Assembly (NCBI GenBank): GCA_963794955.1
Contig: CAWCGF010000003.1
Span: 195,915-259,914, forward strand
DNA from: an uncultured Acidobacteriota bacterium
GTDB lineage: Bacteria > Acidobacteriota > Blastocatellia > RBC074
Direction of reading: 5' to 3'
DNA length: 64,000 bases
The notes below the pieces were generated by a model that searched no databases, was not told the DNA's origin, and saw only the letters and a program-made list of their open reading frames with translations. The position numbers and the translations under genes are program-made. Of the stretch, positions 43,774 through 53,613 are shown one piece after another (within the stretch, counting starts at the first letter, position 1; every line of letters starts with the position of its first letter).

Positions 43774-45918
43774 ATGCAAAGAATAGACAAATACGAAGTC
43801 CTTGAAGTCATCGGACGTGGTGCGATGGGGGCCGTTTATAAGGCGCTGCATCCGCAATTTAAGAAATACGTCGCGATCAAAGAAATCCTCGCCGATCTGG
43901 CCCAGCATCCCGAAATTCAACAACGCTTCGAGCGCGAAGCCGAACTGCTGGCGCATCTGCCCGCGCATCCGAACATCGTGATGGTGCGCGATGCTTTGGT
44001 GTGGCAAGGCAAGCTGTATCTGGTGATGGATTACATCGAAGGCGGTACGCTGGCTGATCTCGTCCGACAAGGGGGCGTGAAGCCTGACCGTGCAATGGCC
44101 TTGCTTGATCAAATTCTCTCCGGTCTCGAAGCGATTCACGCGCGCGGCATCATTCATCGGGATTTGAAAGCCAGCAATATTTTGCTGGGCAATGACGGCA
44201 CGGCGTATCTCTCCGACTTTGGCATTGCGGAATCAGTGAAGCAATCGCAAGCCGGGGATGTGATGGCGACGGCAAAATGCGTGGCACCGGAAATGATTGA
44301 AGAGGCGCTGGGGCGGAATGCCCAGCCAGAGCAGGCGGATATTTACGCCGCCGGGATTTTGGCTTACGAAATGTTACTGGGCGAAACAAAGTTTCGACAT
44401 GCTTTGCCCGCAATTTACAGTACAGGTGAGGCCAGTCAAATCGCGCGCAATTGGATTGCGTGGCATCCTGATTTGACGCGGCCTGCGCCGAATTTGCAGC
44501 GGATCGAGCCGAGCCTTCCGTCGGCATTGGCCACCATCGTCGAACGAATGATGGCGAAAGATGTCAGTGCACGGTATCGCAAAGCCAGTGAGGTCCGCCG
44601 CGATTTGGCCGCCATAAGCACCGCGAAACAGGGGAATATGGCAATGAATGAACCACAACGTCCGGCGGCAGATGATGCAACAGTGCCGCTGTCGCAACTT
44701 CGTAATACACAGGTTTCGCGCATGGGAAGTGCGCCACCTGCGCCACCTGCGCGCCAACCGCAGCCTGCTCCTATGGTGCGCGCCAGTCGTGTTCCGGCTT
44801 GGGCTTTGCCTGTTGCGGGAGCCGGATTGTTTGTCCTGCTGGCAGTTGGCTTGTGGGCGATGAACCGCAATCCGGGCTTCACTGTGGTTGTCAAAGGTAT
44901 CGCACCGAACAGCGATTTGTACGTGAACGACATCCGGCGCGGCATCCCGACTATCGGTGCGACCCAGGCTGGAATCGCAGAAGGCGAGTTGCGTGTGGCG
45001 GGCTTGAAGGCGGGCGAATTGTACGCCTTACGGCTAGGCTGCGGCGAATTATTACGCGATAACCAGTCGCTTGGCAATAACAAGCTGACGGGTGAGGACG
45101 GGCAGGAAATCGTGTTGCAGGCACGATGCGGCGCGACGCCAGCAAAGGTTTCTGATCTGAAAGACGAAATCAATTTGCACGGGCCGATGCGGCTTATCAA
45201 AGCAAGCGCGTTTTGGATGGGCGATGACAGCGGCTCGGACAATGAGAAGCCCGGTCATAAAGTGGATTTGAATTACGATTACTACATTGACAAGTACGAA
45301 GTGACGAATCGTCAGTTTGCGGAGTTCTGTCAGGCTACGGGCAAGCAAATACCCAAGAATCCGTTTTGGGATACGAGCTACGCCGAGAAAAATCCCGATC
45401 AGCCCGTTGTAGGCGTGACGTGGGAAGAAGCGCAGGCCTACGCAAATTGGGCGGGCAAAGGATTGCCGACCGAACAGGAATGGGAAAAGGCAGCGTCATG
45501 GGACCCGAAAGCAACGGATGCCGATCCGAAATGGAAGCGGCGTTTCCCCTGGGGCAACACGCCGGGCAATAATGCCAACATTGGTTCTGCGCATGCGACC
45601 AATGTCGGACAGAAAGCGGCTAGCGCGAGTGCTTATGGGGTCGTAGATATGGCGGGCAATGTGGCGGAATGGGTGGCGGACAACTATCAAGCCTATCCGG
45701 GCAACCAAGTCGCCGATAGTAATTACGGCGCAACAAATCGCGTCGTACGCGGCGGACATTTCCGCAGTCCGAGCAATGAAATTCGTACTACGATTCGCGC
45801 TTATCATACGCCGATTTATTCGGATGCCGAGTTACAACAAGGCGCGTGGCTGGTGGGCTTCCGTTGTGCCGCGCGTGCCGATAGCCCAAAAGTGAAAGAG
45901 GTCTTGCAACAGAAATGA
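43774..45918 (+). CDS. Ser/Thr protein kinase fused to a C-terminal FGE-sulfatase-like domain
   Basis: Kinase motifs GRGAMGAVYKA...VAIK, HRDLKASNILL, DFG, APE. The C-terminus carries the FGE/SUMF1 fold signature (WMGDD...KPGHKV...VTWEEAQAYANWAGKGLPTEQEWE...RVVRGG) but lacks the catalytic Cys pair. Confidence 0.85.
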   Translation: MQRIDKYEVLEVIGRGAMGAVYKALHPQFKKYVAIKEILADLAQHPEIQQRFEREAELLAHLPAHPNIVMVRDALVWQGKLYLVMDYIEGGTLADLVRQGGVKPDRAMALLDQILSGLEAIHARGIIHRDLKASNILLGNDGTAYLSDFGIAESVKQSQAGDVMATAKCVAPEMIEEALGRNAQPEQADIYAAGILAYEMLLGETKFRHALPAIYSTGEASQIARNWIAWHPDLTRPAPNLQRIEPSLPSALATIVERMMAKDVSARYRKASEVRRDLAAISTAKQGNMAMNEPQRPAADDATVPLSQLRNTQVSRMGSAPPAPPARQPQPAPMVRASRVPAWALPVAGAGLFVLLAVGLWAMNRNPGFTVVVKGIAPNSDLYVNDIRRGIPTIGATQAGIAEGELRVAGLKAGELYALRLGCGELLRDNQSLGNNKLTGEDGQEIVLQARCGATPAKVSDLKDEINLHGPMRLIKASAFWMGDDSGSDNEKPGHKVDLNYDYYIDKYEVTNRQFAEFCQATGKQIPKNPFWDTSYAEKNPDQPVVGVTWEEAQAYANWAGKGLPTEQEWEKAASWDPKATDADPKWKRRFPWGNTPGNNANIGSAHATNVGQKAASASAYGVVDMAGNVAEWVADNYQAYPGNQVADSNYGATNRVVRGGHFRSPSNEIRTTIRAYHTPIYSDAELQQGAWLVGFRCAARADSPKVKEVLQQK

Positions 45919-46694
45919 GCAACATCAATCTGCGTCAAATTGGCAAAGTCACTTGCCTTCTGGTGGTCATTGTCTTGAGTTGTTGGTCAAGCCAGACGAT
46001 AGCCCAATCGCCTTCGTTGATGTGGGGCAAACCGGTGCAGGTGACGCGCGTCGAAAAGCCGCGTCGCACGCCATCGAAAGCGCGTCCGAAAGCGCGTCCG
46101 AAAGCGCCCGTCGTGCAAAGCGTCCCGCTGCTTTCGCTGCGCTGGAGCATCATGAAAGGCGCTTGGGCCGACGCGCCTGATACGTCCAAAAAGCCGACGG
46201 CGACCAATCCTGAAACCGCTTTCAAGGTGAAGGATCATTTGCAATTGGTGATGGAGGTCAATCAGGATGGATATTTATATCTGATTCAGGATTCCGATTT
46301 GGCGATAATCTTTCCCGATGCGCGCATCAACGGTGGCAAGAACTTCGTCAAGAAGGGGCAGAAGATCATCATCCCGTCGAATTGTGATAAAAAATACCGC
46401 GACGCGGAAGGCAATCCAATTGTGGATGCCAACGGCAATTGCTGGTTTAGAGTCGAGGCCAAAGACGATGACCTGACGTTGATTTTTAGCCGCGACCGCA
46501 TTGACGATTTACCGAACTTCGCCGATGAAAGCGGAGCCATGACGGTGAAGAAAGAAGCCTTGGCCGCGCTCAAAAGCGGCACGAGCCAGCAGTTTAGTAA
46601 AACCAATCCTGATGCGGTGACGGTGCAATTCACGAACCTGAACAAAAAGGATAACGAAGAGTTGATCATCGAAACCAAAATCAAACATCAGTAA
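45915..46694 (+). CDS. secreted protein with a DUF4384-like domain
   Basis: Signal peptide; HLQLVMEVNQDGYLYLIQDS motif. Confidence 0.5.
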   Translation: MSNINLRQIGKVTCLLVVIVLSCWSSQTIAQSPSLMWGKPVQVTRVEKPRRTPSKARPKARPKAPVVQSVPLLSLRWSIMKGAWADAPDTSKKPTATNPETAFKVKDHLQLVMEVNQDGYLYLIQDSDLAIIFPDARINGGKNFVKKGQKIIIPSNCDKKYRDAEGNPIVDANGNCWFRVEAKDDDLTLIFSRDRIDDLPNFADESGAMTVKKEALAALKSGTSQQFSKTNPDAVTVQFTNLNKKDNEELIIETKIKHQ

Positions 46695-46712
46695 AGACCA
46701 GTGAGGAACGCT

Positions 46713-47474
46713 ATGAAAACCAAAATGATCAATTGTCTTGTCATTGCTGTTTTGCTGACGGCGAATTTTTCCGCCTCCTCAGCGCAAGGCAAAAGCAAAA
46801 GTAAGCAGGAAGGGATGCGCGCGCGCGCTATGTTCGTCGGCAAAAAAGCCGACGGGCTGGAAGTGAAGTTGACAAACGAAAAAGGCGAGTTGATTGATCC
46901 CGGCAAATCGTTCAGGGGGGGCGAGCGCATTCGCGTCAGCTTCGAGAGCAATTTCAAAGGCTTTGTCTATTTTATCAACGTCACCCCCGGCGGTGTCACC
47001 AAGGTAATTTACAGTAGCGAAATTGAGGCCGATCAATCGTACGATTTGCCGAGCAAGCCCTACGCCATCGAATTTGACAAAGAGCCAGGCACCGAAATTC
47101 TGAAAGTGGTGCTTTCGTATGAGCGCATCAAGCCGTATGAGGAAGCACTGAAGAGCGCGGAGGGCGAATTAGGCAAATCTGCTTCCAGCGTCGCGGACGA
47201 GTTGGCCGACAATAATCCCAAGGCAGGGGGCAAGAAAGGTAGTGGCAAACCTCCCGGCGAAGCGGTTGGTATCGTCACTTCAAGTAACGCCTGCGGACGT
47301 GAACGCGGCTTGGTCTTAGCGTCCGGGCAGGAAGCGCGTTGCCGCAGCCTCGTCCTCGCGTCCGGCAATCAAGCCAAGAACGAAGGCTCCGTCGTGGCGA
47401 TTTCCGATAAGCAAGGCACGAAATTGCAAACCGGCGAAGTGGCCGTGTTCGAGCTACGCCTGAAACACCTGTGA
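46713..47474 (+). CDS. secreted protein with a DUF4384-like domain (paralogous fold to 45915-46694)
   Basis: GAGG RBS then ATG at 46713. Signal peptide. IRVSFESNFKGFVYFINVTPGG motif. Confidence 0.5.
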   Translation: MKTKMINCLVIAVLLTANFSASSAQGKSKSKQEGMRARAMFVGKKADGLEVKLTNEKGELIDPGKSFRGGERIRVSFESNFKGFVYFINVTPGGVTKVIYSSEIEADQSYDLPSKPYAIEFDKEPGTEILKVVLSYERIKPYEEALKSAEGELGKSASSVADELADNNPKAGGKKGSGKPPGEAVGIVTSSNACGRERGLVLASGQEARCRSLVLASGNQAKNEGSVVAISDKQGTKLQTGEVAVFELRLKHL

Positions 47475-47560
47475 GGGGAGAAGGGGAGAAGGGAGATAAG
47501 ATTCCTCTTCTCCTCTTCTCCCTTTCTCCCCCCTCTCCCTCTCCTTCTTTATAATTCACA
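47463..47560. repeat. polypurine tract followed by its complementary polypyrimidine tract (imperfect long hairpin / mirror repeat)
   Basis: GAGGGGAGAAGGGGAGAAGGGAG...CTCTTCTCCTCTTCTCCCTTTCTCCCCCCTCTCCCTCTCC, immediately after the stop at 47474. Confidence 0.6.
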
Positions 47561-47590
47561 AAGCGCCCCATCCTCATTCGGAGGCCGATT

Positions 47591-48754
47591 ATGCTGACAG
47601 AAATATGCAAGTCCGACACGTTTCTCCCGCTGACCAAATGGGCTGTCGCGTTGCTGGTAGTTTTGTTTAGCACTGAGGCTTCTGCTCAGCAGAGCGAACT
47701 GCCGAACCGCACGGTTGCTTTCACCTCCGACGTTCGTGAGCAAATTAAAAAAGTGATTCCGGCAATCGGCCTCGTGCTGGTCAGAAATGTGGGCGATCCT
47801 GACCAAAAGCTGCGGCCCCGCGGCTCGGCTGTGATCGTTCGCAAAGACGGGCTGGTCGTCACGAACTTTCATGTCATCGCGCGCGACCGTTCGGTGAAGG
47901 TCTTCGATGACATCTATCTTAACCTGCCTTCGGAACCCGGAGCCGATGCCACCACTGCTTCGCGGCAATTTCGCCTCAAACCTGTCTTGACCAATCAAGA
48001 CCGCGACTTGGCCTTGTTGCGCGTAATACCTGCCAAGCCAGATGATCCGCCGTTAGCCTTCCCCTTCATTGAAATCGGTGACACGCGGAGTGTGGAATTG
48101 CTCGACGATGTTTTCATCATTGGCTTCCCGGAAAAAGGCGGCACGACCGTGACCGTCAACCCCGGTGTTGTGGAAGGCAAAGACGCGCTGGATGATTGGA
48201 TCAAAACCAATGGTCGTTTATTGCACGGCAATAGCGGCGGCGCGGCGGTGAATAGTACCGGCAAACTGATCGGCATCCCGACGCGTGTTGTCGTGGACAG
48301 CGATTCCGAAAAGACATACGGTTCGGTTGGCTATTTGCGTCCGGCGCATTTGGTCGCCGCCTTGATTTCCAAATATCAGGAAGCGGAAATGAACGCCGCG
48401 ACACAAAAGACTGCGCCCTCCATTGCCGCGACGCCGAATGCGGCAACTCCGGCGGAGGTGAAAGCACCCAGCCTGCTTTCCGTTCACGGCATCGTGAAAT
48501 CTACTTCCGGCCAGCCATTGGCAGGCGTGCGCGTTGGGTTGTTATTGGTTGGCAAAGAAGTCGCTGCCTCGAACCTGGTGACCTGGGGCGGATCAAATGC
48601 CGAAGGGAAATTCGTCCTGGAAAAACCGGTTGCGCCGGGGCGGTACAATTTGCGCGCGCGCGTCGTTGGCTATGACACCTATAGTTTTGATCTTGATCTT
48701 TCTTCTGCCAATGTTCCACTGATGATTGAACTGAAACCCAGTTCCAAAGAATAA
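47591..48754 (+). CDS. trypsin-like serine protease (S1 family) with a C-terminal carboxypeptidase-regulatory-like beta-sandwich
   Basis: Signal peptide; HGNSGGAAVN catalytic Ser motif; C-terminal GIVKSTSGQPLAGVRVGLL. Confidence 0.8.
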   Translation: MLTEICKSDTFLPLTKWAVALLVVLFSTEASAQQSELPNRTVAFTSDVREQIKKVIPAIGLVLVRNVGDPDQKLRPRGSAVIVRKDGLVVTNFHVIARDRSVKVFDDIYLNLPSEPGADATTASRQFRLKPVLTNQDRDLALLRVIPAKPDDPPLAFPFIEIGDTRSVELLDDVFIIGFPEKGGTTVTVNPGVVEGKDALDDWIKTNGRLLHGNSGGAAVNSTGKLIGIPTRVVVDSDSEKTYGSVGYLRPAHLVAALISKYQEAEMNAATQKTAPSIAATPNAATPAEVKAPSLLSVHGIVKSTSGQPLAGVRVGLLLVGKEVAASNLVTWGGSNAEGKFVLEKPVAPGRYNLRARVVGYDTYSFDLDLSSANVPLMIELKPSSKE

Positions 48755-48763
48755 GGATGTACG

Positions 48764-48842
48764 GCAAACTTTCCAGTTTGCTGTTGTATTCACTAGCGAC
48801 TTGCACCGGAGACAGCAGCAAACTGGAAAGTTTGCTGTACAT
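48764..48842. promoter_or_regulatory. near-perfect 26-bp inverted repeat carrying two inverted copies of GCAAACTGGAAAGTTTGC
   Basis: Arms TGTACGGCAAACTTTCCAGTTTGCTG and CAGCAAACTGGAAAGTTTGCTGTACA (one mismatch). Lies between the protease stop and the ceramidase-like start. Confidence 0.7.
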
Positions 48843-48856
48843 TTAAGGCCCCACGA

Positions 48857-50558
48857 ATGTCACGCTTATTTCTTATTGCAATTCTGCTCACCTTGCCCTT
48901 CACGCTCAGTCCGTCTGCGCCTAAAAAAGAACTCAAAGCGGGTTTCGCCGCCATCACCATCACACCGTTTGGCAACAATCCCGCGTGGGATGGCACGGTT
49001 ACAGACACGGGCGTGTGGGGCGAAAAGTTCACCGACACTAATAAAAACAGGCATTGGGATAAAGGCGAGCCGTTTGAAGATGACGAGGGAAATACGCAGA
49101 TTGACGCTGGCTCGAAAGAAAAATACGACGGCATTTATCTCGCCGGCTTTGGTGACAATCGTCTTGCTACAGGCAAGCACGATGATTTGTGGGCACGCAC
49201 GATGGTGCTGGATTATGGCTCAACGCGCATTGCCATTGTCTCTGTGGATTTGATTGGGTATTACTCGGATGGTTCTTACTACGGTATCAGCCAGGTAAAG
49301 AAGCTGCTTGACCCAAAACTAGGCATTCAAGAAATCCTCGTGGCTGCGACGCATAACCACGAAGCGCCCGATAGCATTGGGGCCTGGGGCGAGAATTTTA
49401 TGAAGGATGGGAAGTATCCGAAATACTTGCGCTTTGTGGATCGGATGATTGCCCGAAGCATCGAAGATGCCGCGAAAAGTTTGCAACCTGCCAAATTCAA
49501 AATCGGCGTGACTGATCCGGTGCAAGTCTCCCAGCCTTGCCGGAATGCAGGTGCGCAATGGTGGGCGTCCGCCAAAATTCTTTGACGAAGAAATGCGCGT
49601 GATGCAATTCATCAGCAAGCAATCCAACCAGACAATTGGCACGCTCATCAACTGGAACACGCATCCTGAATCCATGGAAGACAAGAACCGGGAGATTTCC
49701 TCGGACTTTATTCATGCTGCGCGCGCAACCGTTGAGAAGAAATTCGGCGGCACGGCGCTGTACATTTCCGGTGCAATTGGCGCAGTTGAAATCGTGGGCG
49801 ACTCGAATACAAAGCACACTGACCGCACCAAATTTGACGGCCAGGAATTTCCGCTCAAACCGAACAGCACCCGGCCTGTTTTTGCGTTCGAGCGCACGGA
49901 AGCTATTGGGCGCGACATCGGCAAAGCTGCCATTGAAGCGATTGATAAGGGCGAATGGAGTAAGAGCAATGAGTTGGAAGTGAAGAAAGCGGATTTGCAC
50001 GTGCCGATGGACAATCAAGCGTATCTGATTTTGCTCAAACTCGGCGTATTGGATACGGTGATGAATCCAGATGTGACAGGCCAACCACAGTCACGGACGA
50101 CGATTTATGCGATCAACTTGGGCGATGCACAGATCGTCACGACGCCGGGCGAACTGTTTCCTGAACTCTATTACGGCCTGGATAAATATCGCCGCAACGA
50201 TTGCCCTGCTGCTGACACGGGCGCGCCGCTGGAGCCGAGCATTCGCGGCGCAATGACCAGGAAATATCGCTTTATGTTTGGGCTGTGTCCTGATGAGTTC
50301 GGCTATATCGTTCCCGCGCACGATTTCCGCCGCGAGACGATTGATTTAAAAAATCCGCAGATCAAAAAATCGCCCGATGCGTGCAAGGCGCAAGGCGTGC
50401 CGGATCATTATCACGAAACGAATTCCTCTAGTTCTGTTCTCGCCCCCGCTTCGGCTTGTGTGACCGTCGCGCTGTTGACGGGCAAAATGCCGAGCGCTGC
50501 GGCTTGTAAGAATGTGGCGCAGTATTCGGAATATGTGAAGGGCTTGCCGACACGATAG
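48857..50558 (+). pseudogene. neutral/alkaline ceramidase-like hydrolase, frame disrupted near 49521-49585
   Basis: N-part (48857-49585) has a signal peptide and [23 protein letters not shown]...[10 protein letters not shown]. The C-part (49545-50558) continues the same family in another frame; the two ORFs overlap by about 40 nt. Confidence 0.55.
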
Positions 50559-50584
50559 CGCCTGCGTTTCCAGACGCTATCGCG

Positions 50585-52192
50585 TTATCTCACCTTCAGC
50601 ACGACGAACGTCACATCGTCATCTTGCGGTTTGCCGTGCGCCCAATCATCGCCGCTTTGAACGAATTGTCGGATGATTTCAGCCGCTGATAAATTCACCG
50701 CATTTGCCAGAATCGCTTGCATCTGTTCGTAGCCGAGCATCTCGGCTGCGTCATTGAATCGTTCCGGCAATCCATCGCTCATCAACACTACCACATCGCC
50801 GGAAGCCAGCGTGAGTTCCTGTTCCTGGTAGGCGTAATTCGAGATGCTGCCGAGCGGCATGGCTTTGTGCAGGATTTCTTCGATCTGGTTTGTTGCTGCG
50901 CGATACAGCAGGATCGGAGGCATTCCGGCGGCGGCCAGCGTCAAGCGATAGTCGGTTACTTTGGCAATTGTCAGCGCCATAAACAGCCCACGCATATTCA
51001 TCTTTTTGAGCGCACGCGAAAATCGTTGCAGCATCGCGGCAGGCGGTTCGGCACCACTTGTTTCATTGAAGAGGCTTTTCGTTGCCGTCACCATTGTGCC
51101 AGCTTTCAAGCCATGTCCCGTCGCATCGCCAATCGCAATCGTCAACGTGTTATCGTCCGCGACGTGAAAGTCGTAGTAGTCGCCACCCACTTCCGTCGCC
51201 GTTTTCATATATGCCGCGATTTCCAAATCGGGAAACTGCGGCACCTTCTTCGGCAGCATCGAAAGCTGCAATTGGCGCGCTTCTTCCAACTCTTTGGCGC
51301 GTTGTTCATTTTGCGCTTCGAGTTCGATTTTCTGTTCGATCAGGCGCGAGTTTTCCAGCGCCATCGCCGTTTGCCCTGCGACATTCATCAGCATTCGTTT
51401 GTCTTCGCGCGAGTACGGCAAATCGCCTGCGCGCGGCCCCAACGCCAACACGCCCAGCAATTCGTCTTTCGCCGCCAGCGGCAACACCAGATTCGTTTTC
51501 AATGCGCGCAACGTATCGAATTCCTGCTGTGCTGTGCCATCGCCGTTCGCCATCGCGGCAAGCTGTGTAGCGACGGGCGAATACGGATCGTCCCAATCAA
51601 TTTCCGCCGGCTGAGCGGATTCCTGAATGCGCTGCACAACAAACGCATCATCGGGCAAATGTAATTCACGCGCGACGGCATGCGACAGCTTCTCGCGTTC
51701 GTGATAATCGCTCGACACCGCGCTGCTGAAATCGTGTCGTCCATTGCGCAAAAAGATCGTCACGTTCGCGGCATAAAGCGCCTGCTGAATGATTTTTGCC
51801 GAGAGTTCCAGCACCTGATTGACGTTGGTTGTCGTGCGCAGCGAACTCGTCAGTTCCGTCAAAATCTGCTGTGCATCGTACGCATCACGAAAGAAGCGGC
51901 GCTCAATCAGCGGATGCACTTTGCGATTGACGTATTGCAACCCCAGCACCATCAGCACCGTGCCGACAACGATGATGAGCGTGCGCGTGTTGCTCCCAAA
52001 GCGATCCAGCCAAACGCCGATGCGTCCGGCGAACAGGAAGCTGAGCAGCGCGAAGGCGAGCAAGGCTTCGATCAGGATGAAGCCACGTGAAGCGAGCAGA
52101 TAGCGAACGCTGCGGCGAATGACAACGCTAATGTCGAGAACACGATGTTTTAGGATAGCGTAAGCCCAAGCTATGGGAATCCATAAAATCAA
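50585..52192 (-). CDS. SpoIIE/PP2C-family serine phosphatase with N-terminal TM helices and a GAF domain
   Basis: PP2C block MLPKKVPQFPDLEIAAYMKTATEVGGDYYDF...IAIGDATGHG...LMSDGLPE...DDDVTFVVLKVR. Paralogous to 54048-56665. Confidence 0.8.
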   Translation of the reverse strand: MILWIPIAWAYAILKHRVLDISVVIRRSVRYLLASRGFILIEALLAFALLSFLFAGRIGVWLDRFGSNTRTLIIVVGTVLMVLGLQYVNRKVHPLIERRFFRDAYDAQQILTELTSSLRTTTNVNQVLELSAKIIQQALYAANVTIFLRNGRHDFSSAVSSDYHEREKLSHAVARELHLPDDAFVVQRIQESAQPAEIDWDDPYSPVATQLAAMANGDGTAQQEFDTLRALKTNLVLPLAAKDELLGVLALGPRAGDLPYSREDKRMLMNVAGQTAMALENSRLIEQKIELEAQNEQRAKELEEARQLQLSMLPKKVPQFPDLEIAAYMKTATEVGGDYYDFHVADDNTLTIAIGDATGHGLKAGTMVTATKSLFNETSGAEPPAAMLQRFSRALKKMNMRGLFMALTIAKVTDYRLTLAAAGMPPILLYRAATNQIEEILHKAMPLGSISNYAYQEQELTLASGDVVVLMSDGLPERFNDAAEMLGYEQMQAILANAVNLSAAEIIRQFVQSGDDWAHGKPQDDDVTFVVLKVR

Positions 52193-52769
52193 TAACCAAG
52201 AGATGATAAATAAGCTCTCATAACACAGGCGGGGACATCACGGGGAGAGAAACTAGAACATAACAGATAAGTATAAGCGGAGTGGCAACGGTGATACTGA
52301 CTATAATCCACTTGATTCGCTTTCGCTGTTGAAGCTCTGTAGTAACCCTGTAGTTACGAATCACAACAAGAATGATTGCGATGGAAACACAATGAAAAAG
52401 GTAAAGATAAGCGCATGAGAAATAGGGGCGTAGGTCTCATGAGGCTAAGAAATGGATACGGCATGTGTGTTCCTATGCCTATTGCATAAAGCGCCCATTT
52501 TATGATGTTCCAGAATCTACCTTTGCGGACACCTGGCGGAAAACGTAAGAAAAGATGAAAAAGTATCGGAAACGCAAGTGAATGGCCTCAAAAAGAATAT
52601 TCAAGATAGTTCCAGATCAGCTTTTCCCTATCGTCGAAGAGAAGAGAAGGAAGGCTTAGCACAATTAATAATTGGTTCTGTCCGAAAAAATAAAAGGCCG
52701 CAAAAAAGAGTCGAACGATTAGAGTCGGAAGGCCGTAGTAAACCAGCCAGGATTGCTACAAGAAGGCAG

Positions 52770-53054
52770 CTAAGAGAAACTAATCCTATGGAAAAGACTC
52801 TCCGCAATTCGCGAGAAAAATATCGGTGACCGATGAAGGCTTAGACTCAATTCAATTTGTTGCCTTATTCCATTGCGTTCGACTTCTAACCAATAAGTTG
52901 TGCCAATAGGCATGAAGCGTCTAGCTTGGTTGAGATCATCCCGCGCAACGGGAACCTCATTGATTGCCAGAATACTATCACCTACTTGTAATTTGCCTTC
53001 TGCCGGGCCACCGGGATAAATGCGTGTAACTCGCAATTTGTCTATCCACTTCAT
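52770..53054 (-). pseudogene. orphan PDZ-domain gene fragment (remnant of a SpoIIE-paralog N-terminus)
   Basis: LRVTRIYPGGPAEGKLQVGDSILAINEVPV aligns with the PDZ domain of the downstream paralog (VTRTDPKGPATVLLPGDEFLAINGITP). It is followed by a low-GC segment with no coding frame. Confidence 0.5.
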
Positions 53055-53062
53055 ACCCGGTC

Positions 53063-53197
53063 TTACTCCATCCCCAGATACTTGTAGACCATTGTCCCGG
53101 CGAACGCCCAGCTACACACGCCGATTACAGCGGCTACGACAACGACCCAGAAAAAGGGGTGTTTGTCTCGGAACTGATCGCGCAAGGTTCTCCGCAT
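53063..53197 (-). CDS. small single-TM protein (44 aa)
   Basis: AGGAGA RBS 6 nt upstream of ATG at 53197. Hydrophobic core FFWVVVVAAVIGVCSWAFAG. Confidence 0.35.
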   Translation of the reverse strand: MRRTLRDQFRDKHPFFWVVVVAAVIGVCSWAFAGTMVYKYLGME

Positions 53198-53277
53198 GAT
53201 CGTTTCTCCTGATTGATTTGAACTGCTGTTGGCTGAGGCGCATTGTAGCACGCGCGGGGTAGAGAACAAGGGCGCGG

Positions 53278-53613
53278 TTAGGCTGCGGCGTATTCGGTAT
53301 ACGGTCTGACATACGGCGGCTGAAAGCCCAACACGATGTCGCTCTTTGGCACGCCTGCCTCTTCTAATTCAGCAGTGATGCCGTGCTCGATCCAATCTTC
53401 CTGCACCCAGATTTTTCCATTGATGATTTCCAAATGGGTGATGACAGTATGCACGCGCCGCCCGTTGTCCCAGCCTTCGCGCACCAACAGATAGCTATCC
53501 GACTGGCGATCAAAGACCGTCTTGTCGCGCAAGTCAGTATACCGTCGCAATTCTCCGACGTGTTGCGTCAGGAGTCGCTCGATGATGGTTCGATAGTGTT
53601 CCACTTGATCCAT
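53278..53613 (-). CDS. xisI: XisI-family protein
   Basis: N-terminus MDQVEHYRTIIERLLTQ and overall length match the XisI family. Confidence 0.75.
   Translation of the reverse strand: MDQVEHYRTIIERLLTQHVGELRRYTDLRDKTVFDRQSDSYLLVREGWDNGRRVHTVITHLEIINGKIWVQEDWIEHGITAELEEAGVPKSDIVLGFQPPYVRPYTEYAAA

Noticed and set aside
52578-52829. 83-aa plus-strand ORF in the low-GC island
   Set aside because: Highly basic low-complexity peptide, no RBS, and it overlaps the PDZ gene fragment. More likely non-coding.
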